This document shows positions 10,913-24,251 of a DNA stretch of 64,000 bases, in pieces. Both the position numbers and the translations under genes were made by a program. Each line of letters starts with the position of its first letter. The first letter of the stretch is position 1. The notes beneath the pieces were generated by a model. That model saw nothing but the letters and a program-made list of their open reading frames with translations, ran no database searches and had not been told where the DNA came from. Source of the stretch: Podarcis pityusensis (taxonomy: Eukaryota); NCBI GenBank assembly GCA_964106645.2, contig OZ067043.1; one strand, written 5' to 3'.

Positions 10913-13900
10913 TTTTTATTTTTTTTTTAAACAATTTATTGGGTTTTACAATAGAAATAAACATAATAAACAATATAACATTTGTCTTAACATAGTTTCA
11001 CATTTTCTTTGGACTTCCTCGCATCTCCCGCTCCCACTTTCATCGTTATAACATTTTGTCAGCAATTTATCATCTTATTTAGAATCTTATGTCCCTTCTA
11101 TGTTTCATAATCTTATAGTTCTCGAAAGGAGTTAAATTTTCACAATCTTACTTATTTTCTTAAAAACCTCTAAGTTTAGTGGTGCTCAGTTATTTTAGTC
11201 TAGCATCTTATTTAGCATTCACTCACATTATAATATTTTTGTAAATAAATCTTAAATTTCTTCCAGTCCTCCTCAGTCCTCTCTTCTCCCAGGTCACGAA
11301 TTCTGCCGGTCATTTCAGCCAGTTCCATGTAGTCTATCAGTTGCATCTGCCATTCTTCCAGTGTGGGTAGATCTTGAGTTTTCCAGTGTTTTGCGAGAAG
11401 TATCCTTGCTGCTGTTGTTGCATACATAAAAAATGTCTGGTCCTTCTTTACCACCCCTTGGCCGACAATACCCAAAAGGAAAGCCTCTGGTTTCTTAGTG
11501 AAGGTATATTTAAATACCTTTTTCAATTCATTATAAATCATTTCCCAGAACGCCTTCACTTTAGGGCAAGTCCACCAGAGGTGGAAGAACGTTCCCTCAC
11601 ACTCTTTACATTTCCAACACTTATTATCAGACAGGTGGTAAATTTTTGCAAGTTTGACTGGGGTCATATACCATCTATAAATCATTTTCATTACATTTTC
11701 TTTCAAAGCGTTACATGCAGTAAATTTCAATCCATTACTCCACAACCTTTCCCAGTCCTCAAACATGATATTATACCCAATGTCCTGTGCCCACCTTATC
11801 ATAGCTGATTTAACCGTTTCATCTTGTGTATTCCATTTTAACAGCAAGTTATACATCCTTGAAAGTACCTTAATCTTTGGTTCTAACAATTCTGTTTCTA
11901 GTTTCGATTTCTCCACCTGGAACCCTAGTTTCTTATCATTTTTAAAAACTTCTTTAATCTGAGCGTAATGTAACCAGTCTCGCACTTTGTCTTTCATTTT
12001 CTCCAAACTCTGCAATTTCCAATTATCTCCATCCTTTTCTAGTATTTCCCAATATTTTGGCCATTTAGCCTCCATATTGGGTCTTTTTCGGGCCTTAGCT
12101 TCCAAAGGTGAAAGCCACCTTGGTGTTTTATTTTCCAGCAAGTCTTTATATTTTGTCCAGACATTAAACAGTGATTTTCTGACAATATGGTTCTTAAAGG
12201 CCTTATTTGCTTTAACCTTGTCATACCATAAATATGCATGCCATCCAAAAGTATTGTTAAACCCTTCCAGATCTAACACATCAGTGTCTTCAAGAAGTAG
12301 CCAGTCTTTTAGCCAGCAGAACGCTGCGGCTTCATAATACAACTTTAAGTCTGGCAGGGCAAAGCCCCCTCTTTGTTTTGCGTCAGTTAATATCTTAAAC
12401 TTAATTCTGGGCTTTTTGCCCTGCCAGACAAACTTAGAAATATCTCTCTGCCACTTCTGAAAGCACTCCTTTTTGTCCAAAACCTGAAGTGTTTGAAATA
12501 AAAACAACATCCTTGGCAATACATTCATCTTGATAGCAGCAATTCGGCCTAACAAAGAAAGTTTCAATTTTGACCAACTATCTAAGTCTCTCTTAATTTC
12601 TGTCCAGCATTTTTCATAGTTATCCTTAAATAGACTTAGATTTTTTGCTGTTATGTTTACCCCTAGGTATTTTACTTTTTTAACCACATTAAGTTCCGTC
12701 TCATTCTGAAACCGTTCTGACTCTGTATCAGTCAAATTTTTTCCCAAGACCTTAGTTTTCTGTTTATTTAATTTAAATCCAGCCACCCGACCAAAGTCAT
12801 TAATCAGTTGTAATACTCTTTTCGTACTGGGCTCTGGCTTCTGCAGGGTCAAAACCAGGTCATCTGCAAAAGCTTTTAATTTGTATTGTTTCTGTCCGAC
12901 CTGAATTCCTTCCACCAACCGATCCCCTCTAATCATGTTCCATAGCACTTCCAGAACCGAAATAAATAACAAAGGGGAAATAGGGCAACCTTGTCGTGTT
13001 CCTTTTTCAATTTTAAACTCTTCTGTAACCACATTGTTAACTATCAGTTTAGCTTTCTGCTCTGAATATATTGCCTCAATCCCATTCTCAAAACCCCGTC
13101 CCACTCCCATTTCTTTTAGGTTCCCCATCATAAATTTCCAGGAAATGTTGTCAAAGGCCTTCTCCGCGTCTATAAAAATTAAAACTGCTTTTGTATTTAT
13201 ATCTGTTTGCAAAAGTTCCAAAATGTCAATAATGTTCCTTGTATTAGCAAACAGATGTCTACCTGGGAGAAAGCCAGCCTGGTCCTTATGAATTACTTCA
13301 TTTAAAACTTTTTTAAATCTACTTGCCAAAATGTCTGCAAATATTTTGTAATCCACATTTAAAAGGGAGATGGGACGGTAGTTCTTAAGTTGTGTCTTTT
13401 CAGCTTCCGACTTTGGTATTAATGTGATAAACGCTTCCTTCCACGACTCCGGTGCCCTCTTCCCCTCCATAATTTCATTGCTGACCTCCATCAAAGGTTG
13501 TATCAAATAGTCTTTTAATGTCTTATAATACTTGGAAGTCAGCCCATCTGGCCCTGGAGATTTGCCGAGTTGCATGTTCTGAATGGCTTGTTCAATCTCC
13601 TGTCGTGTTATTTTAGAATTCAGGATTGTCCTATTTTCTTGTGACAATTTAGATAGTCCATTTCTTGCCAAAAATTGTTTAATCTCAACTTCGTCTTGCG
13701 GCCCTTGAGTGTATAGTTTTTTGAAGTATCTCTGGAAACACTTTCTAATGTCCACTGGATTCTGAATGTTTTTTCCATCAACCTCTAAGTTTGTAACCGT
13801 ATTTAATCTTTGTCTTCTCTTCAACTGCCAAGCTAGCAGTTTTCCACATTTATTCGCCGACTCAAACGTTTTTTGTTTCATTAATTTAACCTTCCATTCG

Positions 13901-14420
13901 ATTTCCTGATTTATCAGTTTAGAATATTGTGTTTGATAAAGTTTAATTTCTCTCAGAGTTGGCTGTGACTTCGGATTCACTCTTAATTTCTTCTCTAATT
14001 CTTTTATTTTATCCAAAATCTTATCTTTTTTCTCATTTTGTGTTCTTTTCTTTACTGCATTCTGTTGTATCAAGAATCCCCTCATTACAGCTTTGCTTGC
14101 GTCCCAGACGATTCTTTTTTCCACCGTAGTATTCATATTTATCTCAAAATAATCCTTCAAAACTTTTTGGGCCTTCTTAGTAATGTCCTGATCTCTGAAC
14201 AAATTGTCATTCATCTTCCATCTAAAGGATCCAGTTGGAAGTAATGTCATATCCATCTTTACTGCATTATGGTCGGAACAGGTCTTTGGGCAGATTTCCA
14301 CTTTTCTGACCTTAGGTGCCAGGCCTCTAGAGATCCATATTTGGTCGATTCTTGTCCAGGTCAGTTGGGCTTCAGAAAAGAATGTTCCCTCTCTTCCTAG
14401 TGGGTTTTTTGTCCTCCAAA
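10913..14420 (-). mobile_element. L1-clade LINE, 5'-truncated and young
   Basis: Perfect 19-bp TSD cttgggagagacactttca at 10894-10912 and 14421-14439. Poly(A) tail at 10913-10928 with AATAAA just upstream on the minus strand. Confidence 0.96.
11212..14418 (-). CDS. L1 ORF2 (partial APE endonuclease, reverse transcriptase, CCHC), lacking its N-terminus
   Basis: The frame is open up to the 5' junction: WRTKNP..TFFS..RIDQIW..SDH (endonuclease), KSPGPDG, YRPISLLNVDYK, GTRQGCPISP, FADD, KYLG (RT), CWKCKECEGTFFHLWWTC. Confidence 0.92.
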   Translation of the reverse strand, partial: WRTKNPLGREGTFFSEAQLTWTRIDQIWISRGLAPKVRKVEICPKTCSDHNAVKMDMTLLPTGSFRWKMNDNLFRDQDITKKAQKVLKDYFEINMNTTVEKRIVWDASKAVMRGFLIQQNAVKKRTQNEKKDKILDKIKELEKKLRVNPKSQPTLREIKLYQTQYSKLINQEIEWKVKLMKQKTFESANKCGKLLAWQLKRRQRLNTVTNLEVDGKNIQNPVDIRKCFQRYFKKLYTQGPQDEVEIKQFLARNGLSKLSQENRTILNSKITRQEIEQAIQNMQLGKSPGPDGLTSKYYKTLKDYLIQPLMEVSNEIMEGKRAPESWKEAFITLIPKSEAEKTQLKNYRPISLLNVDYKIFADILASRFKKVLNEVIHKDQAGFLPGRHLFANTRNIIDILELLQTDINTKAVLIFIDAEKAFDNISWKFMMGNLKEMGVGRGFENGIEAIYSEQKAKLIVNNVVTEEFKIEKGTRQGCPISPLLFISVLEVLWNMIRGDRLVEGIQVGQKQYKLKAFADDLVLTLQKPEPSTKRVLQLINDFGRVAGFKLNKQKTKVLGKNLTDTESERFQNETELNVVKKVKYLGVNITAKNLSLFKDNYEKCWTEIKRDLDSWSKLKLSLLGRIAAIKMNVLPRMLFLFQTLQVLDKKECFQKWQRDISKFVWQGKKPRIKFKILTDAKQRGGFALPDLKLYYEAAAFCWLKDWLLLEDTDVLDLEGFNNTFGWHAYLWYDKVKANKAFKNHIVRKSLFNVWTKYKDLLENKTPRWLSPLEAKARKRPNMEAKWPKYWEILEKDGDNWKLQSLEKMKDKVRDWLHYAQIKEVFKNDKKLGFQVEKSKLETELLEPKIKVLSRMYNLLLKWNTQDETVKSAMIRWAQDIGYNIMFEDWERLWSNGLKFTACNALKENVMKMIYRWYMTPVKLAKIYHLSDNKCWKCKECEGTFFHLWWTCPKVKAFWEMIYNELKKVFKYTFTKKPEAFLLGIVGQGVVKKDQTFFMYATTAARILLAKHWKTQDLPTLEEWQMQLIDYMELAEMTGRIRDLGEERTEEDWKKFKIYLQKYYNVSEC

Positions 14421-14439
14421 CTTGGGAGAGACACTTTCA

Positions 14440-14770
14440 GTAGTGTCAGACGCTTCTGAGGTTTGTCTTATTTCTACCAAGGCCAGGGCCTTGAGTGTGG
14501 TGGAACATGGCCTTTGCAAGGTTCTCCCAATGAAGGGAACTACCATAATGGCATTTAAGCACCTGCTTAGAACTCACCTGTTCACCCAGGCCCTCCCTGA
14601 GGGCCGATCCAGTTATACCAATGTATAAATCTGAGCTACTGGGTTTTTTAAAATGTATTTCACCCTTGTTTTCTGAATATCATTTCAGTGCTGGTTTTAT
14701 GCTGTTCATCACAGCCATAATCCCCCCCCCTTAATGTTAGTGGTACAGAAAACCTTCACAGAGAAATAAA
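14440..14770 (+). mobile_element. Old L2 3' remnant interrupted by the L1
   Basis: Joining 10875-10912 to 14440 onward restores a sequence colinear with the L2 3' end (agggccttgagtgtggtgg..gcatttaagcacctgcttagaactcacctgttcacccaggcc). Confidence 0.6.
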
Positions 14771-16477
14771 TAAATGGTCAGCTTACAATTCTGCTATGTG
14801 CAATGTCCTCACTAAAGTCTTCTGAAACGGAAGTTGGCAGCAGAAGGAACCACTGAAGCTGGCAAAGAGCTGCGGGAGACATGCAGGAGGAGACATTCCT
14901 GCTGCTCGCTCTGGTCCTTGCCTTTAGGCATGCTTAAACAGTTTTTAGTTCAAGTGCACCTTTCCTTCTTATTTAATTTTAATTTGTCTAACAACTTAAT
15001 AATCCCTTCAGGGAATGTTAGTGCTATAATAAAAGTATGCATAAAGTCCATAAATATATAGCCAGGCAGGAGTTCTTAACAAGTTCCTCCTCACTATTTA
15101 ATGGTCAGGTGATATCCCGCAACACTTTCAAGGTTGAAGAAGGAGAAATTAGAAGCTTAGCTGCTGTGCTGGTTACCTCTCATTGAAGAGCTGCTGTAAC
15201 TGAATCTGGAAGAACAAAGCATAATCCTGCAGAGCTTTCAGGAATATAATTATTATCGTTGTCTCTCTAATATCTATCAACCAAGGCTGGTTTTGGGAGA
15301 GGGGGCTTAGATTTCTAAAAGACATCATTGTACATGTTATATTTGCACAAAGAGTGGGGGAGCAATTTCAGCAATGATGCCTAACTTCAGAAATGGCATT
15401 TAACCCTCTTTCCACTAGCCATTTTCCTTGCAGAGTTCTAGATGCCTACTTAGCCTAACAAGCATCAGCTGGAAACTAAAATAAGGGTATTTCCTTCTGC
15501 ATTTTAGAGAAAGGTGGGGTGGACATACCCTGAACGCTTTGTTCAGGATGCTGTGTGAGCATTTACGGCACTATCCCGTTTTTGAGGCATCAGTTTACAG
15601 GAAGGGATAAAGTTGCACAGTAAAATATTTCTTCTTACAAACAAAATTGGATAGTTGTACACTGCTGCAGGATAAGTGATTTAGCCTAGCCACAAATTGG
15701 ATTGAAGCCCATAGCTTAGTTGAATTATTATTATTATTATTATTATTCAGATATAACAGAAGGAAATATGGGGAGATAAAAACATTGCTAGCTGACATTA
15801 ACAATAAGAATATTCCTTCAATCTTAACTCAAACATGTTCATTAATATATGCCGTTTGTTTGTCTAAAAAGGTATCTAAATGAAATTAATCATTCTGGGT
15901 CATGTGTTTAAAAGCAGTGAGGCTGTAAGATATTCAGACAACTGAGTACTAGGATGGTGGGCATTGGTCTTTCAAACCTAGAAATATAAATCTCTTTGCA
16001 ACCATATGGGCCTACAAGATCTACTTTCGTTGTCCATGTCTTGCATGCAAAACGTGCCAGGTTCAGTCCCTGACAACTCAGAGTAGGAGGAAGTGACTTA
16101 GGCAGAGGGGTGAACCCCCCAAAAGTGGTGTCATTACCTGGGTGCCCCTTACTGGGAGAGACAAAGAGAGGGGTGAGATGGTGGTGAAGTCAAGGCTGCA
16201 TAAATTCAGAGGTGGGATTGCTATACATCTGCACAACCTGGACCTTGCCGCCAACCTGCCTCTGTTGTTGTTGTTGTTGATTAAATGTTTATACCACCTT
16301 TCATCCAAAGATCTCAGGGCAGATAAAAAATAAAAGCACAAAAAAGAACCAAAACAACACCCACACACCCTCCCACAAACACATTTAAAAGGCCACAGAA
16401 TATTAATCAGCCCAAGACCTGCTTGAAAAGGAACATTTTTGTCTGGTGCCTAAAGATGTATAACAAAGGCTCCAGAC

Positions 16478-16814
16478 CAGGGGTTGGCAAAGTTTTTGTG
16501 GCTTGGGCCGGTTCACAGTCCCACAGATGCTGCGGTGGGCCAGAGTGTGTGCACACACGCATGCATGCATGCACAAACGCTATTTCTGGCACTCCTTCCA
16601 GAGCAGAGGAGGCGTGTGCAGCTTCCCATTGGCTACAGGAGCTTCCTGCAGCCAGTTGTAAGCCGGCCAGCGTCATGGAAGGCAGTCCCTGCTCTGCTCC
16701 GTGCCTGTTTAGCATGGGCACTGACCAATTGGGCAGCGGGGGTCTCTGACCGGCCAGCAGGGATCCATGGGCCAGTCATACGACCCCTTAGGGGCCTTAG
16801 GTTGCCAACCCCTG
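16478..16814. mobile_element. hAT (Charlie-like) non-autonomous element nested in an L2 remnant (about 16262-16850)
   Basis: TIR caggggttggcaa / ttgccaacccctg. 8-bp TSD ctccagac / ctccagat. Confidence 0.85.
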
Positions 16815-17167
16815 CTCCAGATGAACCTATCTGGGGGGACCATTTCGCAAAGCAATAGCATCAGGGACCAGGGATTTCCCCAGCCCTTGATCTAGAAAAG
16901 CTTGCTGGTCACTTCGCTGGTCACCTTTACCAGTTAACTGATGAGCTGGTAAACAGGATACTTACTATCCCTCACTGCCTATGTTCCGCTTCCTCCCAAT
17001 AAGTGGCAGCAATGCTCTGTGGCTCTTGCCCACCAGGTGAGCCATTCCTGCAAGTAGGGTTGCGAAGAGGTCCTCTATGCAACTCTGGGGAGTCACTGCC
17101 AGTCAGCATAGAAAATTCTGAGCTAGACAGACCAACAGTCTGATTCAGCCATAGCTAGTTTCCAAAG

Positions 17168-17210
<43 letters not shown>

Positions 17211-19449
17211 TATGGTAGTCTGTATGTTTGTGTGTGCATCTACTGCCATGCATATGATGTCATGCGTAAATTGAACATGCAGTGTTGACACAGATAAGTG
17301 TATATGTGGTGCAGCTGATTGCCATGATCCTTCTATCCATTATTATTTTTTTGGAGGTGGAAGAATAATGAGATCAGGTATGTGCACTTGAGTGCATGCA
17401 CTCAGTGGAAGTGTTCACTCTGGCCCTGCCACATGCGCAAGACTTCTAGAGTGGAGAAAGAGTGAGCTAGCTCTCAGACACATTCATTATCCAGTTCAAA
17501 CAAGCTACTTTGGAGCAGAGGAACTTCAGCTGCTTTCCAGCCCTATTAAATTCTACATGTTGATCCACTGGGCACAACCTGGGAAGAATTAGGCAAGACT
17601 GGATGTTAAGTGCTTCACTGTGTTCTTAAGTCCCATTGATTTCAAGGGAACTTAAGTGCAACCATCTTTTGCTAGATTGCACCAATGGAATTGGAAAGAT
17701 TGCTGGTGCGAGTAAAATTATGCACTTACAATAGGATTATGAATGCATTTCTGTCTGTAGTAATTATGGTAATTTATAACCACTTTTCAGGGGTTCCCCA
17801 CCACCTCTTACTCTATTGAAATGTTTCCATTTGAGCGCCTATACATTGTGTAGCATATGTTCATAAGGAAAAGTTTAATAGCAATGAAGTCATGTTTGTG
17901 TGTTTTGCTTTTGTGTCTCTATGGTAAATCGCTTCACTTTCTTGACAAATCTTTATCCATGCCCTCTCTGTTCTTCTGCACGACATGCAAGAAAAACAAA
18001 GATCTTACTTTCAACTTATATTCAGAGAATCATTTTCAGAGCTATTAGGCATCACAGCGGGGGAAGGGAAATCAATGTTTCCTTTGATAGGGATGTATGT
18101 GAGAAAATAGTAATGCTGCATATATGATAGGTAGAAATTGCAAACAGACCTTATTTTTTTTTTCCTTCACACATGATTCTGTTTCCTCCACTCTGCCCAA
18201 ACATCTCTACTGAAGCTCCCCATATTTCCTTCAAGTGTAGCCAAGAATTTACGACACAATTCCATCTTCCTCCTCCTTCATAAACCATCTGCGTTCTTTC
18301 TCAGCCAGTCCCTACTGATGAAATAACCCCGTTGATTTGCTCTGTGACATATTTTACCCACAATGCCTCTGTTTTTGTAAACTGTGGTTTCAAAGCATGA
18401 TGTTTTAGATACTTCTTCATCTATGCTCCCATTTGCACTATACCTTTAAAGCACTATACCACTTCAACAGTCACAGCTTCCTCCAAAGAATCCTAGGAAC
18501 TGTAGTTTGTTTAGGGTGCTGAGTGTTGTTAAGAGAACCATATTCCCCTCACAGAACTACAATTCCCAGAGTTCCCTGGAAAGAGGGATTGATTGTTAAA
18601 CCACTCCAGTAATTGTAGGTTGGAGGAGTTCAACATTATGTGCATAGGTCTCCATTTGGACTCAAAGCATTAGAAGCATGGCTGCCTGGGGGCGTGGTCA
18701 GCAAGTGCATTAACATTAAAGGGGCAGGATTAATGGTGTGATCCTACTCCTTCCACACATTCAGCAAACGTGGAGTAAAGGTCCTCAAGTTAATTATAAA
18801 TACAACAACCAAAATTCATCATTTTAATTCAGAACGAGGCAATTGAACTTGAGTTTATTATGGAGGCCAGTGTGGTCTTCCGAACAATTTAACTCAAGTC
18901 TCTTAAGACTTTTCTCCTGGTAGAATAGGCATCATAAGATGTACTGCTGGATAAGGGTTTAATGGTTTTTGCATTTGTTTAAAAACAAATAAGACATTGT
19001 TTTAAAAAAGATACTTTTCTCCTGGGTTTTTCACAGGCACAGCCAATTTTTCAATGATAGTTATAACACTGTTTATATATTTATATTTACTGTTACATTC
19101 CCTGGCTGCATTCCAGTGCCACAGATCCATACTCTGAGGAGAGTATAGGAATAATCCCATATACTGAGCCAAGAGGACTTAATTGCCAATGGAGGCAAAG
19201 AACTGGTATTAATTCTGGGAACTGCAGATTCTATTCTCCTAAAATAAATAAGAACAGTAATAGCAATAGCAATAGCACAAAGAATAAGAAGAAAAATCAC
19301 AATCAGTGTTTTTGTATTACTTCAAGCGTTATCCATCCAGATCTGTTTTGTTTGTTTTTATATCTAGTCTTATCTTCATGTGTGAAACATAGACATCCCA
19401 TTTGCTTCATGCTCAATTGTTTGCAATTTTCCCTCTGATTCATACATTT

Positions 19450-20720
19450 CTCCTGCTTTGGAAATGCTACACATTCCTGTAATCAGACTGTATGCCCATG
19501 TTGCAGTTGTCTGAATGATCACATTGTCTGCTGTTTGAATTGCACTCCTGCTGCTGGTTCGCTGCCCCTAATTATTTTTGTTTTAGCGTTTGTCCCTGAT
19601 TTCTCAGTCAGGCAGTTGAAAGAGGCCGTGTCATCCTCTGAGAGGTGTTTAATCAAGGGATGAGTAATCAAACAAAAAGCTTTTTGGGGAGGGGTGGAAG
19701 TGGAAGAAATGATATTGTCTGGCCGGTTATTATGTTTTCTCTTCTCGACACTTAAATAGAGTTCCTGCAGAAACCCGGGGTGCTGCCCATTAGCTTGGAG
19801 GGTTGGGCTGCCTGAATAAGTGGATGGCTGCTTTGTAAAGAGGGAGTGGTAAAGGAAACAGGCTAAAAAAGAGAGAGAGAAATCAATGAAGTTGAAATAC
19901 GCTCTAAGCACACCTACTTATCATCTCCTCGCACTCCACATGTCATCCAGCTGCCAAACTCTCTGAAAACATCTGGGTAGGTGGCTCTGCACGTACATGT
20001 CAGTGCGCTGATATGCGCACCCATTTGGGCATAGTCGGAAGGGACTCCGCCGGTTCCTCTGAGGTGTAGCGACATGTATCAGGGCTTGGCTATAAATTTC
20101 ATTGCATTGCTGTAGCGAACAGAGAAATGAGTGAGGAAATATCTGATTAAAGTGTGCATTGCTGCTGAGGCAACCGCATGTTGCCATAGCAATCGAGATG
20201 AAATGTGCAAGGAGTGAGATAATTAAATCTAACCCCTTTAGAAGTTTTTGACAGCCTATGCACTGCCAATAAGGAGGGGGGGACGAGTTATATCTGGCAT
20301 TAAAGATAAAACCCATTCCTTGTGAAAGTACAACTTCTTGTTGATTTTGTTGTTGTTCCCTTTGCTAAATGCATTGCTTCAGGTCCCTTATTTGAATGCT
20401 CCCTTTAATAATCGGATGCAGTTTTGACCTTGGCTTGTAACAGCCTGATCTGGTTTATTGTTCCATGGGAACTGCTACACAAAATATCCAGCTATATGTT
20501 TCTTCACTCTCTTACTTACAGTACAGTAAAGCCTGGCTGTCACGTCTTAGATTATGATTCAATAATATCTAGAACGTACTGCCCTCTTCAGGAACTGTCG
20601 ATTAAAAAACAACAAGAACTTTCGGATGTGTTTATTGATTTATGAAGTGCAAGGAGTAAATGTGACCTTATGAGGCTTATAAGGTGCAGGGAGTTCATTG
20701 CATTTAGTGGTATGAGCAGT
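19450..20720. promoter_or_regulatory. Candidate conserved enhancer
   Basis: No recognisable repeats, locally raised CpG at 19900-20290, X-box motifs at 20161-20193, several TAAT cores. Confidence 0.5.
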
Positions 20721-22412
20721 AAGCTAGCATACATTGGTCAGGCTGAAATGTTAATAGAAGGGGGGGGGGGAAAGTGTTGGAAAGCAACAACTTTAAAAAA
20801 AGTTGTCATGGGGTTGGACTAGTAATTCCAGAAAATAATTGGCAGCCCGGTGAAGCACTTTAGCGTGATGAGTTCTAGGGTGGCCGGGTAGCCCAAGTGC
20901 CAAAGAATTTATAGCACAGAATGTCACAAGAGACAAGAATGATGCACCTTAAAATTCAAGACTAAATTCAGAAAGGAATTTAGTTTAATTACATGTTTTA
21001 TCTTAGGAAGAAGAAACAAAACTAAGGTCACTTGCAAAGTGTGCTTCCCACTTCAGTGTAGCCGGATTACATTCTAGGTTAGTAAGATTTTGAAGCAGCG
21101 AAACCACATTGGATGGGTGGAGGCTGTGGTTATTTCCTACCCTGCCACCGCCTTTGGGCAGGTGCAATACAGGTGGTGAAGGCTGCGTGACCTCTCTCTT
21201 TCCAGTGTTATTAGTGCAGGGTGGGACCTGGCTATGTGGATTCAGTAGCCATTGCTACACAGGTAATATCACCAAAACAATGATGATGCATTTCTAAGTT
21301 TGGAATTGATGTACTCAGACTGGGTGCGGTGCACTGATACCAGTTGCAGTGTCACGGACATAAGAAGCTGCATTATTATCAGAAGAGGCTGTTTGTTCAT
21401 CTAATCCGGTATTACATTCTGAATCTCTGTGTAGCTCTCCGTGGTCTTTGCATCACCTGCCACCTGAGCATTTCAACTGGAGATGTCAGCAGAAGTGGAT
21501 CACTAGGGGCGGGGAAGGATCCACTATGCTAGCTCCCCAGCAGGTGGGTTGCTTTTGCTTAGTGGGAGGGAAGGGTGAAGTGGCAGGGAGGTTGGCGCAC
21601 TTCAAATGCAGTGGGGGGGGGCCAATTGGGCACTCCTTGCACTGCATTGACCTCATCGCCACCTTGCCCTTCCCCCTCCCCTTCCAGGTAAGCAACATTA
21701 ATCCACCTACTGGGAAGCTGGTGTTGCTGTTCCACTCCACCCAGTGAGTCACTTGTGAATGAGAGGAATTGAACGTGGGATGTTCTGCATGCAGGACACA
21801 TGTTCTTCCACTGAGCGTTGGTTCCACTATTGCCTAGCCCGGAGTGTCAATCAGCCAGCTTTGGAGGGGAGGGTGGGCTCAACTTCCTAGGCACCTAGCA
21901 AGCTAGGCTGCATGAGACAAGCAAGTTAGGGGGAACACACAAATGCTGATTATTATTATTATTTATTTATTTTTGAAAACAGGACAAAAGGCATCCTGTT
22001 TGGGGGCCAAACGGGACAAGGGAAATTGTGGTCCCAAAGCGTGACAATCCCATTTTTTACAAGACAGGTGGCAACCCTAGTTGGTTCCTTTTCCTATAAG
22101 GAACACAGTGACTTGCTCCCACAGTCCCCAGCTGATGGCCTATCCACTAGGCAAGACCTGAGTAGTAAACTAGGAGAAATGAAAGCAACTACCTCAACAA
22201 ACCTAGATGCTTAACAACTACAGTTAGACAATGCGGGTTTTTCTTGGTCTCTGCGGTGTTTGGATTCCATGTTTCAAATCTGTCCTCCAATTTCACAAAA
22301 GAAGCCTCCATTTTTTTCCTGCCTCATCTTCAAGTCACTTTAGAGTTTATTTAGAATTTCTGTGAGCACAAAGTTTTGAGATCACCTTATTGCTGCAAGA
22401 TAGCCAAGGGTG

Positions 22413-22483
<71 letters not shown>
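22413..22483. repeat. (GT)n(GA)n compound microsatellite
   Basis: Direct reading. Confidence 0.95.
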
Positions 22484-22487
<4 letters not shown>

Positions 22488-23533
22488 TCTTTCCGGTAAA
22501 CATTTCTCAAGCACTCTGCAGCCAACACTCCATGCTTCCTGATCTGAAAAAGGCCCATGAGAGATATTACCTCATGATGCCTTTCCCCAGAATTTAATTG
22601 AAGTGTGGGCAACTGGGAAGGTTACAAAGTACCAGACCAACCATTGGTGAGAGCTGATTTGCAGAATGAAAGAAAGGAAACTCCCTTACTCACATGCACC
22701 CTTAGTCACCTCAAAAGTAAGTTAAGCAGCCACCCACAAACTTGCACCTAACCATGAGAATGTCTAGTAGTTCCTGTTCTACTGACCGACTTCCCTTTTC
22801 TCACTTTTCAATTTCAGCTACAGATTTCTCTTTGCATCCCTGTCTGATCCACCATATATACTGTAAGCTGGTTAAAGAAAGACAGCATAATTTTTCTGTT
22901 TTCTACTGTATCATACCAAGTTGGTGGTCCTAAATATGCTGTGATTTCCTGAATGAGCTAGAGTGAAAGGGACCTTTGCTTTTTGAGTCCATTGTCACAT
23001 AAAACATCAGATTCTCTGTGCAATCTGGAGGAATTTTAAAACAGGGCCATTGCTTGTCTAATAATGGTTAGGGTCTTGGGCTTGGCTGTAGCAAATTCAG
23101 GTTCATATTTCCACTCGGCCGTGAAACTCAGTGGGTTATTAGTCACTATTTAACCTGACCTGCCTTTCAGGGGCAATCCTATATATATTGCTTTGAGCTC
23201 TTTGGAAGAATAGAATAATATGTGATACACAAATGAATTTGCTGGAGTACTAATGGCTTTAAAAAGTGTAGGAGAATGGAAAGTCCACAAATTGATTCAT
23301 AGCCGTGGCTTCAATCTAATGCAAAAAGCAGCAACATTGATTTTCAACATAGGGCAAATTCGCATGACCATGATGTCTTCTCTGCACACACATAAAGTCA
23401 CCCCCCATAAGTGACTTATTTCAACTGTCCTATGACAGATGCCCAGGTGGATCCTTTATTTGTGAATGTTTTCAGCAAAGGTCCCAGTTGCCTCTCAGCA
23501 CATTGTGAATATGACTATGGTTAGCAACATAAT

Positions 23534-23749
23534 GAGAGCCAGTATGATGCCTTGGTTAAAGTGTTGGACTAAGACCTGAGGGAAAGGGGTTCAAATCCCC
23601 GCTCAGCCACGAAGCTCACTGAGTGACTTGGGGGTGGTTGTTGCCTCTCAGCTTAACCTACCTTACAGGGTCGTTGTGAAGACAAAAAGAGGACACAGAG
23701 AGCCAAGTATGCCACCTTCAGCTCAATGGATGAAAGGTGGGGTATAAAT
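23534..23749 (+). mobile_element. tRNA-derived CORE-type SINE (Squam3/MIR-like)
   Basis: gagagccagt..ggttcaaatccc head and aacctaccttacagggtcgttgtga core. Related copies at about 3000-3190, 23062-23222 and 61112-61252. Confidence 0.7.
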
Positions 23750-24251
23750 CAAATGATAAACATGGCATCTTCAAGCTGCTACACATGGTTAAACTGGGTT
23801 CTAGCCTTTTCGTTAGCCTGTCTTTGCACAAATGTGGAAGTGCATCGACAGAGAAAACTCACCAAAAGCTTTAAAAGATGGAAGTCATCCCAGTGCATCT
23901 CCTTCCTCAAACACCATCTTGCCCTGGGGTGGGGGTGGGGAGATGATGGAACAGCCTGGAGAGCTGCCCACCCTGTCATTCCAGGTCTTCCAGTTGAGAT
24001 GGTTTCCCTGCCACCCAGCCCTGACAACCACACCACGTGGCTGCTCAAGAACCATTTTGCTCTTAGGGAGAGAAAGATTTGGTCCTCCTTCACCCTTGAA
24101 ACTTCTCTTTGCTGTTCCTTCAGTCATTTCAATTGATGATTATTGTGTGGCTATTTCTATGTAATTCACTCTATGGAGTCTGCTTGAAAAGTAATAATAT
24201 AATAATATATAATAATATAAAATATAATGTATACTCTGATTTTTGTGATTA

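Noticed and set aside
11374-14443. Plus-strand ORFs overlapping the L1
   Set aside because: Antisense shadows of L1 ORF2.
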